Below are positions 12,601 to 25,266 of a DNA stretch of 64,000 nucleotides, piece after piece; positions within the stretch are counted from its first letter, which is position 1; each line of letters opens with the position of its first letter. Position numbers and translations under genes: made by a program. The stretch is from Ophelia neglecta (Eukaryota). The notes beneath the pieces are model-generated. The model was given only the letters and a program-made list of their open reading frames with translations. It did no database searches and had not been told where the DNA came from. The stretch lies in the NCBI GenBank assembly GCA_965285935.1, contig OZ260664.1, positions 15,004,001 to 15,068,000 of the forward strand, in the 5' to 3' direction.

Positions 12601-15600
12601 AGAATATTTGGGTCTATATTGAAAGCTTCTAATAGTACAATGTGTTTCATCAATAACAAATCTAAGCTAGTTACAATTGCACAGTTTTTCTCAGAGCAGC
12701 CCAGATGTCTTTTCTCTGGGGAAAGTTTTGCAGCAGTTTTGACTTTGGGTGGTCTTAAGAGTTTCGACTTTTATTTTAGTGAAGTGAAGTGTTTAGTGAA
12801 GTGACTTTATTTTTGCCAAAAACAAAACGTATACAACGAGTTATTCATAGATAGAGTAGAGTAGATAATGTATGAATATTTTAGAGTAAATTAATTGTAA
12901 GAGAGAGATTGTAACAAGGGGGGAAATAGAAGCTCAAAGGCACTGCGTATCTACCCAGCTATAACGTTATTTTGCGTTGATTCCTTTAAATTATAAAAAT
13001 ACTACACAGTACAGAAAAATGCATGCATTGAAAGACTAAATATTTGATTATTAATATTAAAGAAATTACAGTAAAAAAAAAGAAGGAAGAGACAAGGAAA
13101 ACAAAAAAGAAGGAGAAAAAAAAACTATAATGTATGAGTTTCACAATCGAGTCAATCACAATTCCTTGTGGTGTAGCTCTAAAAACTAGATAGGTCATTA
13201 GGCTCATGAAAGGTACATCAAAAAAAAGTAATCCCTGGAGAACGAACATCTGTTTGAGCAATATATAGAATGTCATTTACTGCCGCCTCCATCACATCTA
13301 GGTCCATGAGTTGGAAATTAATTTTCCCAAACGTAAAGCGGATTACATCTAAAAGTGTATTAGCAGTCTTTTCAAAATTGTCTACTGCTGCATGTGCTGT
13401 GTTCATACAAACTAGCTTTTTCAATGTGAAGATGTGTGAGATTTGTTGCCTGTACATATTCAGCCTCAGAGATATGTTCTACCCCACTTCTAACGTACTT
13501 TGTACTCGTGGTGAATTTACCATATAGCAATCAATCGACAGTTCTCTTGGGTTAACTTAATATACATTTTAAACTTTTTGGCTTAAGATAATCATAATCG
13601 CACGTTTGTGCTCGCTTAATAAAAAAGTAATCATTATTGTACTTTTGTGCTCGCTTGACCAAATACCAAAATGCAATATGCAGCTACAAAGAAGTTTTTA
13701 AGATTAGACTATTTAAGAATAGTAATCATAACCACGAGTAAAGCAGCTAATTGATATAAACCTTATTAAGGCACTTAATCGCAGCCGTAGGGGACTAACC
13801 TTTTGGATGGAGAAAAGGGTGCTTTTCTGATAGTTTTGTTTTTACGCTTAGTTGTCTGCAACAGTATAACCCGAAATCAGCTTTAGTCTGAGGAATCGTA
13901 TACATTTGTTAAAAAGCTAGGCTTCCGAAAACACCTTTGTTAAGTGACACGTCTTTAACCCTCACGGGCACCATTTGATCATACTGATATTGTACAGCGT
14001 ATACCGTATACAACAAGTAGAAAAGATGGTTTACTACATCGCCTAGTGATAGTAGATTTAACCATTTTTATACTTGATGAAAAAGTGAATAAGTATAGTA
14101 TACAACCCAGAGAAAACGGTTCCGTCGCACACAACCTGCAATATGCATAGTGTTTCGTGCAACCCCTGTTAAATAGCCATTTGTTCTTTCAATGACGTCA
14201 AACATCATGTGAAAAATGTGAAAGGAACAGGAAACACGCAATATCTTAAAAAAAACACCCACGATCTACCTTATTGCCATTTACCAGAGCCTGTGGTAAA
14301 TGTTTATAAATAGCACTGACTTAATTATCCCAACACTATTTATGGCTTCGTATACCGGACAGCTGACGTAAAGTCTTGCTTGCTGCTGTTTACATGGAAA
14401 ATAGTATGAGTCCTGTTCATATGAGGAGAGCTGAAATACGTTGTCCAAAGCCATGGCCAGTTGTTATTTCCGTACACATATGACAATTATGGGCATATTG
14501 GTACGTGTATATAGAAAACAAATTGAAGTATCACATATTATCTTATTGTTAAAGTAGAACTAAGGTACTTCAGATACCTCTAATGGCGAGGACTCCCTGG
14601 ATGGGTTGTATTAAGACCAACGATTTAGCTTTAAACATGTTGGCCCCTAGACTTATGCATTAATTGTTCTCATTGCGGTGCCCTTTATGCTATGCTAAGA
14701 TTATTCATGAGCAGACGTTTTGCTCGCGTCAGAATATACAACTATTTATAGGATTGGTTTTATGTGCAATGGGATAAATTGTGCACAAAACCTGACGTTT
14801 ATAGCACATAATTACCGAGTCCTTTATATGTATTGTTGAAATTTGGGCTTTTTCATCTTCCCATTCTTGATATTGTCAAATCGCTTAAGAAATAACCATG
14901 TAAACAATTTCTTTTATTTTACTGTTAGAGCAAGCAAACCCCCAAGGGCTGGATATTAACCCCTATGTAAGTTGAAGTTATTTTTCACGCGCAGTTGTAA
15001 AAACAAATTCTAAGATATATGGGCTTACATTAGCATGGCAACATTGGAGGAAACAAGAATGGTAATAGGACGGATAACACGGGTATGCTGATGGACAGCT
15101 ATTTGTACAAAGCTTTCGGCTGTCAACAAGGACCAGAAACCCCAAATAATTACCTTAGGAGAGTGCAGCCTATTCATACAGAGGTGGCGGATGAATCCTG
15201 TCTTCTGGGAGGATAATTTATCCCGGCAAGGAATACGCGTTTTATGTCAAGAACCTCTGCTTCTTTGATCATAACCTGTGCCAGGATATCCTGCTACCCC
15301 TAATGTGAATGCATCGTCTTTACCATTTCCTGTATATTTCAAGGAAAAATCAATCACATCAGTATTGCAACTGTCAACTTTACCAGCGAGATCCATCATC
15401 TGCGCAAAATTCTGAAATAACATATTCTGACATGGCAAAGTGGTGTATTAGTGCATGCCTTAGCCATGAATATAAGTTAGCCATTCTATGCAACATAGCT
15501 ACCAAATTAAGAAAGTATGTCTTTCTGCTAATCTTTGGCATTGATTTAAACACAAATACATAATCTATTTTTTTGCAAACAAATTCCCGCCTATGGATAA

Positions 15601-15688
15601 CCCAAAATAGCGTGTCACCCTCCATTCCGTTACCCACAAGTTTATGAAAGTCATTTAAATCTAGCTGTAAATAAAAGAAATACATGCA

Positions 15689-16435
15689 TGTCTATATCAC
15701 GCTAGTTGTCTACTCCATACTAGTCTATGTCATGTTACTTATCTACTCCATACAAGTCTATATCATGTTACTCGTCTACTCCATACAAGTCTATATCATG
15801 TTACTTATCTACTCCATACGAGTCTATATCACGCTATTTGTCTACTCTATACAAGTCTATATCATGTTACTCGTCTACTCCATACAAGTCTATATCATGT
15901 TACTCGTCTACTCCATACAAGTCTATATCTTGTTACTCGTCTACCCCATACAAGTCTATATCATGTTACTCGTCAACTCCATACAAGTCTATATCATGTT
16001 ATTCGTCTACTCTATACAAGTCTATATCATGTTACTCGTCTACTCCATACAAGTCTATATCATGTTACTCGTCTACTCTATACAAGTCTATATCATGTTA
16101 CTCGTCTACTCTATACAAGTCTATATCATGTTACTCGTCTACTCTATACAAGTCTATATCATGTTACTCGTCTACTCTACATAAGTCTATGTCATGTTAC
16201 TCGTCTACTCTATACAAGTCTACATCATGTTACTCGTCTACTCTATACATGTCTATATCACGCTATTTGTCTACTCCATACAAGTCTATGTCATGTTACT
16301 CGTCTACTCTATAAAAGTCTATATCATGTTACTCGTTTACTCTATACGAGTCTATATCATGTTACCCGTCTACTCTATACAAGTCTGTATCATGTTACCC
16401 GTCTACCCCATAAAAGTCTTACTCATGTTATTCAT
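15689..16435. repeat. 33-bp minisatellite, about 22-23 copies (consensus gtctatatcatgttactcgtctactcyatacaa)
   Basis: Head-to-tail units with no spacers. They produce the 11-aa periodic ORFs VYIMLLVYSIQ and SISCYSSTPYK in the ORF track. Confidence 0.97.
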
Positions 16436-16492
16436 ATACATCAGGTAAGGAAGGACCAGGCGGCGGAAGCGGTACCTAAGTAAAAGTGGTGT

Positions 16493-16536
16493 ATGTGTGT
16501 GTGTGTGTAGGGGGGGGGGGGGGGGGGTGAGGGGGG
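16493..16536. repeat. (TG)n microsatellite followed by poly-G tract
   Basis: tgtgtgtgtgtgtgt then a long G run, seen directly. Confidence 0.9.
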
Positions 16537-19500
16537 TATGAAACGCTTTATTAATTTGTGCAACCTAATACACTATAAGGATCATTTCGGGGTCCCGCGT
16601 CAGGTCGCAATGTGGTTGTTATAGGCCAGACCAGGGTACATTTACATTTGTGTATCATTACTAGCGGGAAAGCCCGACATCATACGTACTCTTTAAAACC
16701 TGAAGATTCTCATGAAACGTGAAGTTCTTTTGGAGAATTCTATCATTCAGATTAGTCTGATTGTGAATCCCGACGAGTACATACTTAGGAAAAGCAATAA
16801 ACGCACACATGATAAGAAAGAATTTAATCCTGATCACAACCAACATGCTTAAAACCTCTCTTCTCATTGATAAAGTGATTGGCTTGGACGCCATGAGCCA
16901 TTTCCCTTTTTAATAAAGGGGCTTCCAAGTACCAAAAAGTCACTTTTAATAAATTGCATTTCTTGAAGTCTGTCGACTGAGGAACAATGTGTTGTCATAT
17001 ATTTACATGATCCTCCGTGAAAACAGTAAAGATAAAAGCCTGAATATGATCAAAACACCGTATAAACCGAGGATCTCCCGGCCATTCTTGCGTCCATTAA
17101 CGGCTCTTCGCGACTCTCCGAGAGACACTGAAAGATTTCTATTGGTTATTAAACGTGAAGCGTTCATTCAAAACTTAGTGCATGTCATATATGAAGATAT
17201 TGTGGCACGGTCAATTCCCCAGCGGCACCTGCGACGGGTCATCTAAACCAACATCACAGGAAATGCTCATGAAAGATATGCCATCACCACATCAAAATCT
17301 TTTCGCGTGGCAACCAATAAAATATTATCCGGTAAATGTTAAGACACGAATTGTTATTAAGGTCTCTATTCAGGGACAGGCAAAGGGCTAGGATCTTAAT
17401 GTTCTTTCAATACGGGAATACCATCCTTATTATATATTACCTGTCCCTATGTATTGTCATCACCTTTATAATGCATAGTTGTAAAATTATCAGTAGCTAC
17501 CACGCCAGTACACTGTTGGAGCATTCCAAATCATATGAATAACACATTAAAGGCCAAACTGAAGAACTCGGTGGGCTCTGAAATTTGGAAAAGTATTCCT
17601 TTCCCCCGATTTGCCCCAGTACTCGAGTTTTTATGCAGTGTATAACCCGTACTTTGGGCGGATATGACGGACCGGATTAAATTTCCGACCGCTTATGCCA
17701 TACTTCGAAATAACTTTTAAAATACAAGTTGAATTTTCAAGATAAAGGTGTTCACACACTGATTGACGTAAAAGAAAATCCCAGCAGATAGTGAGGCAAC
17801 GGGAATGGAGTGTTAGAAGCGGTAGGGAATATCATAAAAACGCTGGTAATTTCATTGTTGACAAGCAAATTTATCACAAAATCAATGCGCTAAAATATAC
17901 CCAATCACGTCGCATAGACATGTAGAACGTTCAAAAAGTTACTACAATGCAATGTGCTTTTTGAACACTCGAGTACAATATTTTCAAAATATGTGCTTTC
18001 AAGTAATTAGTTTAGGAATACAGGCACACCTGTAACGGGAACTGATGATGAGAGCGAAATAATCCATTTTCTCTACTCATACATAATGGGTGGGTAGTCA
18101 GACGTTCTAACAATTGAACTTTCGCTTTGCGAAACTAGGCATAGGAATTTTTAAGTATAAAGGATGAATCATCAATCAATTAATAAAAATGCAATTTCTA
18201 CCCCTGCTTCTACAGGAGAAATGAATTAACTTGTGTAATTCATCCGGTACAGATACATATGCCTGATGGCGTAATAAATGATATAGGGCACCGGTCGATG
18301 AAGCCCCCATTCTTATTAGGTAACACTATAGTGGGATTCAAGCTATTTTAGGTGCCCTTCGGCAACGATTGAATAGACAAGTAACATATTGTGTTAATAC
18401 CATGTTCCCAACCCTGACATTTAACACCAACTTCTCTTGCACGTCGTTCATCCTACAGTAGGCCGCAATCGCCAGCCCCTACTCAATTTATAAGTCACCC
18501 CTCATCATCTTTGTTGCTCGTAGTGGTCTGATTCTGAACATATTTTCCCATATCCACCCCTCCACTGTAGGCCAGTCATCTACATAAGAATTTAATCCCA
18601 AATGATGTAAATAGTGTACTTATATGCATGCTGCACAGAATCTGCTACTCACACATGCATAGATGAACCGGACCTGATAAACCTTTTACGCAGTCACTAC
18701 GCACTTCAGAGCCATTCTTGTCTCCTAACGCCTTTGGTATGACGCACTCTACAGCACAGAATAAACATGGATGCGCAAGGGAATGTGGTGATTAGTCGGC
18801 CAACAATATACCCCTGTCGATGGTCTCATCTATACCAGCATCCGGGAAAGACCAATTGTATATCATTAGTCAGGATCTGCAAGAAACAGCATTGTACGAA
18901 ATGAAGACTCGATGATACCTCTGAACTAAGTACTTCCTCTGTGGGTGTTCTGCTTTAAATTAACTTCGGGTTAATATCAATTTGTACATGCGGCAGCTGT
19001 AATATGCATCATTGTGAATGGGGGTGTCAAATGCACGTTAACTTTTGTTGTCATAAACCAAGTTGGCTATTTAAAACATTTTATGTTTATTATGACTACC
19101 ACAATTTATAATTTTTGTACCAACTATCGTAATATTTGTGTCAAGTGTAAATAATGAACATTCGTCGTTTAAATGCTTCGTCAGGAATGGTGTCAGGAAA
19201 TCCCATCAAATACAAATAAGGAATTGACTAAAGCAAGTACTAACTGCCATTCTGTTTGCACCATACAGGCAACAGTAATATTAACATGACTGCAATTGCG
19301 AATGTCTCTTTATGTTTTTGTCCGTCAGTGACAATAATAGTGTCAGTTACAGTGATGATTGCGAAAATGAGTGATATATGCTCAATATATATCAAGGGCC
19401 ATCATTGGTGCAAACAGGGTCACATGGGATTTCTTCAAACACACTGTTAACCTATAATTGGAAAGCCGGATAATATTCAAGAACTCTGGATCGCTAAAAC

Positions 19501-21371
19501 GTCCCCAGCTACCTCGGACTACAGCACTTTGGGCCATATTCTCTTGAGGAACACAATTCACCCTGTTGCCGACAATGACCGTCATCATTTTTTATTAATA
19601 TTATAGTACACTATTCTATATAAATAAACATATATATGTGATATTATATGCATGATTTGATGGGCATTTGTATAAAACCAGAGGTGCAGAGGGTTGCCGG
19701 AAGTAAAAACCTAAACAAAGATACACTAATTTGAATAATCCTAACTTATTAGCCGCCTTCGTGACAGCTGTGGCATGTCGCGTGCGATTAGCTGCATCAT
19801 TGGTGCCAACACTACAATAGCCGCTGAAAACATCGCACGCCTGCCCTTCTCCTGGGTAGCAAATGATTCGTCTACGTTGTAAATAGCGCCTGTATGTCTA
19901 CCACAAATATCTCGGAGAAGGTGGTGCATGTTCAAAACACAACCTGTCTTGTATCTTACCTGCCTTTTACCTTAAGCAAAACAAATACTATTTTACCAAG
20001 ACAACGGATAGCTGAACACAATGCATAGTCTTATTCATCACACTGCCCCTTCCAGTAAATTATCAACCTCGTTTACTTCCGCCAACTCCTGACGTCTAAT
20101 AACCCTCTATTCCCTAAAGATACAACCAGAGTTTGTCTTAGGGCCTTTAAACCCCGCCATCTGCTGCAATGCTTTCCCGCCATAATTGTAAGAGGGATAA
20201 AGGGTTATCTAGATAATATTTCGGCTTGCACAACACCGCCGCATCAGTTGCCCCAGTTGCGCTCTACAGTTTCGGTTTTTCAATAACAAAAAAAAGAGAA
20301 GAGTCTTGTCTCACAAAAACATCTGTAGTTAGAGGGGATATTGAATCATATAACACATGTTTCATTTATTAAGTTGTGTCATGTCAGACTGAACTCACTG
20401 TTTAAGTCACTTGATTAGTACGTACATGATTGTGTTTTAAGTCCATAAGCCACATGCCTGCTGTCCGATTATTATTGGCTTTACGTCAAAGAGAACTCTC
20501 GTTTGTTTCATATTTACCTCTACCTGTAAAAATAAAATATACAGAGACACAAAACTATAACCATATATGTATTTTCTTTAAAAATCAAAGAAAAGTTGGT
20601 CCCAAAAAAACAACACCTTAGACAACGTAGGAGAGTCCGAGTGCTTGCTATTACTTCGTAGTTATCCTAGTTTTCACATAATTAAATCAACGAAATACAA
20701 GGCAACATTTCGTGACTCACATCAGCTTCCGAGCTTCCCATACATAGCTGCCAAAAGCTTGTTTAATACGATTTTCATGGATGTTGCCTTACTTGTAGAC
20801 TCCCGAAATAGTACCTACGCACGTTTGCTGCACAACGGTGTTTGGTTTCGACAGGTTAATTTATCATGCTACTCCCACTGGACCGCAATGTACGTACCTT
20901 AAGAACCTTTTTACTTCACAATTAAGACGATCCATGTATTGATTAAACAATGTTTACAAGATGGTAATACTTGACCCAGACAGTGAAAAATATTGGACTT
21001 TTAAATGAGAATATGATCAAAGCCTACCGCTAGTAGAGTTTGATGGAAAAAATTGGGACTTATAACATGCTGCAAGAAAAATGTTTAATCAGTTCTGCAT
21101 GTCTGTGCAATGGTTGTCATAATCTTTAACAATCACATGCACCCGGCAATTTATGGGATATGTGTATATGGAAACATTTCTTGGTTGTAAACAATAAAAC
21201 AGAAATCAATTCGTGCATATTTCAACAGGGAATTATAAAATAAATGTACAATTTAAGATATCTATTTGTGCATTTCTTCATTCAAAAGACATTAAGGGCC
21301 CCTGAAAAAACCGAAAATATCTGAAAAATATGAAAACCAAATGGGCATCATGACAGTATATAACCTTGTCT

Positions 21372-21403
21372 CATCGATTTAAATTTAAGTGTGGTTGCCC
21401 TGT
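21372..21403. repeat. Short dispersed repeat, second copy at about 25050-25082; probably a DNA-transposon/MITE fragment
   Basis: catcgatttaaatttaagtgtggttgccctgta vs catcgatttaaaattaagtgtggttgccctgta. Confidence 0.65.
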
Positions 21404-24241
21404 ACTTCGAACCATTGCCGGTGATATCCACTGGCTTTCCAAGGAAATCAAGTTTCATAGTCAACTAGCTGTCTATTCAGTTTTGGACACACTATTCATG
21501 CATCATTCTTTTTTAGTTTTAATATAGACAAATTGAGAATCTTTATAATTAATAATCACTCGCTCGCTGTAATTCAGCGCAATGAGGACCATTGAAAGAA
21601 AATACCTGATTCATTCTTGTACTCAACAACATTTAGAGCCGAGCTTGTGCACTTTTTTTGCATAAACACATATGATTGCCATTACTACAGGTTGTACTTT
21701 GTTGTCAATTAAACATGTCATGTTTTCAATCATAATTCCTTAGGTAATACCATCGATTTGAATTAACTTGATAATGTCCCCATATTTCATCATAAGGGAA
21801 TGACCAGGGTTTAAAATGAACAATCTGTTAAATAACTATAAAAGTTAACTTTTATAATTAAGCAATTTAAGCAAGTTGACGAAAACGGATATGAAGTTTC
21901 AAAATTGCCATGACAACTGAATGCCAGGACCCAATGTATATGTACCATATGGTGGACACAAGTGGCATTCATTGGACATGTCGTTCATTTGATATAATAA
22001 AACTACATAAAGTGAAACAAGCCAATCCAATTAATAACGAATGACTAAACGAAACAAAAATTTCCAAAACTTTGCCAAACATCACCATAGCTACCATGTC
22101 ACTTATATCATATTTGAATTCTTTCAACATAAAAAAATGGGTTTAGCAATAAATAGATCAACCTTCTAAATGGCTGAGAGATTTAACAAAAAATATGGTT
22201 ATATTGGAGGTCATTTTGATTTTTGCGATTTTGAAGGTCAAGGACACAACAGATAGCAAGGCAGACACCAAAATTGGATTGAGCCTACTCAAATAGTCCT
22301 TAACAGTCATCTGCCAACTTTTAATCAAAAATATCCGAGGGAATTGGATTTTGTTAAAATCTACCAGTTAGCCATCCAGATTGCATTTTGCCAGCATTAC
22401 AACTATCCCCTTAATCCAAGTAATGTACTCATAGCTCATCAATCAAATCAGCATTAATCCGTCTGTTTATAACTATATTCTCTCATATTGCTGTTGCAGT
22501 GGTTTAATTTGGGTTAATTTGCTAAAGGTTATGGGTGCGATCATAGACATAGAAACATTGTATAGACATGTATAGACCCATATAATATTGGCCTTGTTTA
22601 TAAGGAAGACATGGCCTTGCTTTCTAATATCTAATTGGTTGTCGGCCTTATTTGATCACGGACGCAATGAATATACTGCCCTAGGACTATAGTTGACTTT
22701 TTTAAGCTCCAAATTTGCTGTATTGGTCATTAATATATGAATATAATAAGCTCAATAGAAATCTTCAGTTGGATATTAAGAAAGAATGTGATACCCGGTG
22801 AGCCAATCATATTAAAAGATCGATGTAACAAAAGTATACATAGAGTGCTTGCTTTGAATTATGATATTCAGAATCATAATGAAGACCGTTAAAACGAGCC
22901 ACATAGAATATTTACTTAGCTAACACAACAGCGTTTGGATAGATCATTCTCTAATTTTAAACAACAAGCGGTATTCTGATATGTTAGTAATAAAAAATAA
23001 CAAAATAATTGGTCATATTAGCTAAAAAAAAATAGGGCTTTCAGACGAATTTCTCTCTCAATCTAACCTAATATAACTAACCTTATCCCTAAGTATAGGT
23101 TACATCCAATATGCGAGTGAACCCATTGCTATTGCGTAGTTCTTACTTTATGTTTTTTATTATAGTCGTGACACTACATCGGGAGAAAATATTGTAGAAT
23201 TCAATGAGCGGACGTCGATCGTAATATGTTGGGTAAAATTAACGGACATTTTCATTCGAGAGGCTTCCGATGAGCTATTTCTCTTGACCGATGAGCTATT
23301 TCTCTTTGCTCCATCAAAACTTACACTGCTACGGCAGCCGGATGGAGTATTCCGATGATGGAGACGATTTCTCTTAGCGTTTATTTGGTTTAAAATGATG
23401 AGATTCACCAGCTTTCAAGTTGTATGTTTATCAACTCTTCCATGGAATTATTGCACTAGTGTTATTGCGTCATTTCCACCCTAAGCTCCTCTTGTTATCG
23501 ATATCGCACTCTTCAATTAAGTATATTTCCCTTAGCCCAGGGGTGACCCTTAATTCTTTGATTAGTTCTAACACCGTGATCCCTTTTCTCTGCAAAATGC
23601 CTAAAAAAACACAAAAGAAGAGGCAGATAAATGTGTATAATCAACCTGTAGAGATAGATGTAAGACGCAACTCCCTAACATCATGTAGGTTGTTAAACTC
23701 ATTTGGTTATATTAATAAATATTGATGGCCGAAAACATGTTGTGTTCACTCTCAGTGAAAAAGGATCAAAAAGAAGTATAGTATCCCCCCCCCCTCTTCT
23801 TTGCTTAACGTTAGGGTAAGTTGTCAAAAAGTCGATTCCGGGCGCTACATTTCATTCTAGGGATTGCCTTCAAGTGGTCTGGTGGTATTGAATTACAATT
23901 TTGAAACAGCTGTTCAGGTGCTACTCATCCCTTCATTATATTTTTTACTCATATTGATAACAGCCGCAAATGCTTGAACGCTATTTGGTGTATTTCAACG
24001 TTCAATGTGGTAATAATTTGAATGACGACACCAATCATAAGTGAAGTTCATTTTTCGAAAGCAAGAAAAGAGACTTCACTGGTTGTGATATGCTTCGAAT
24101 TGTTGCTCTACCGCCTTGAACTAATTATGATGTCGGCTTTAGTTACACATAAGTTTTGCCCTGGCCATATCGGAAATGTCAGTGAGCACGTTGGCCTTAA
24201 CACACATTGCTATGGGGATAAGCGATAGTAATAGCTTCCTC

Positions 24242-24480
24242 CATGACAGTAATGGATCTGATAACAGAGTGGCGAACCCTTTACTGTCATGTTTTCGTTT
24301 TCCCATTTCTTCTCCGTGTCAGTGACATTTACACTCTGATATGCATGGAATAGCTTGAGACCACTTATATCAATGAAACCAGCTGGAATGACAAGGTCGA
24401 CATACAAATTTGCGCTCGTTGAATAATAAAGTTGAAGGAGATTTATTAAAGGCCACTGATCGGTGGAGCAATAGAATCTT
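24242..24480 (+). repeat. Direct repeat copy 1 (candidate degenerate 5' LTR of the BEL/Pao element)
   Basis: Aligns with 27613-27900. The first 50 nt are 49/50 identical; the rest is diverged but collinear (tagcttgagaccactt, gtcgacat, gttgaataata, ggagatttat.aaaggc). Confidence 0.7.
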
Positions 24481-25266
24481 GTGCGTCGCAATCTCCCTCT
24501 AGTGGATATCATAGGGCTCGCCAAATTTTACGTGAACGGTTTATTTAATTGTGGAGGCATAATTACATTAAATGATGAAAAGTCCACCCAGATAAGGATA
24601 AGAAGCACAGCAAGAATTTGCTAATCAACTGAAAAGCATGCTCGACCCTCTGACTTATATGGACAATCTCTGCGAAATCAATGCCCAGACAAATTTGGTT
24701 AATATAGTGCAAAATCGGCCAATCCATTTACAGGACAGATAAACAAGGAAAGTGTGTCATTTGCGTGCTAGAGGGAATACCACAGCATACACCGCCTTGT
24801 CATTTTCGTTGGTCTTGTAGCAAAAGAAGCCCTATTTATGGGGAACTTGGTAGAAAGCAGGACTATGTCCGTGTCAAGTTTAAATATAAGGACAGGGGTA
24901 AACGTGTAATGTTAACAGATACAAATTAGCTTGTACAACAAAATGAACACGCTGTTGTATTACGTGAAGACAATGTTACCACCTGCTGGTGGAATTTTGT
25001 TAAAGGTAGTAAACTCTGCAAGGCGTGTCTATCTAACGGGCACTGGTCCCATCGATTTAAAATTAAGTGTGGTTGCCCTGTATCTGGGTACAAATATAAA
25101 CATTAGAATTATTGCATGTATGTCCCAAACATGTTGTTGGAATCTAAGTAACCTACTTCTTGGAGGCTTCCTCATTAGGTTCTTAAAGTGAAGAGAAAAA
25201 AGCCACATGTTACGAGTCCTCAGGTTGAGAGTAAATCAAAAAGGTCATGTAAATTCTGATCTCACT

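Noticed and set aside
15689-16435. CRISPR array or genuine repeat-protein genes
   Set aside because: Units are contiguous with no unique spacers, there are no cas genes, and the context is eukaryotic. The ORFs follow simply from the 33-bp period.
18560-18605. Minus-strand NSYVDDW as an RT catalytic motif
   Set aside because: Isolated motif with no flanking RT blocks recognisable.
21292-22414. TTAA-flanked (Kolobok/piggyBac-like) element
   Set aside because: The putative termini match only over GGG/CCC, which is not enough to define TIRs.
23160-23408. Ser/Arg-rich ORF resembling a receptor C-tail
   Set aside because: No ATG or good acceptor. The KRNSSS repeat comes from a 21-bp local duplication. 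Likely UTR or intergenic.
24242-24291. Hammerhead ribozyme, SECIS or IRE
   Set aside because: The core reads CTGATAA...GCGAAC rather than CUGANGA...GAAA. The ATGA is fully Watson-Crick paired, so there is no GA quartet. CAGAGT is not at the apex of a stem.
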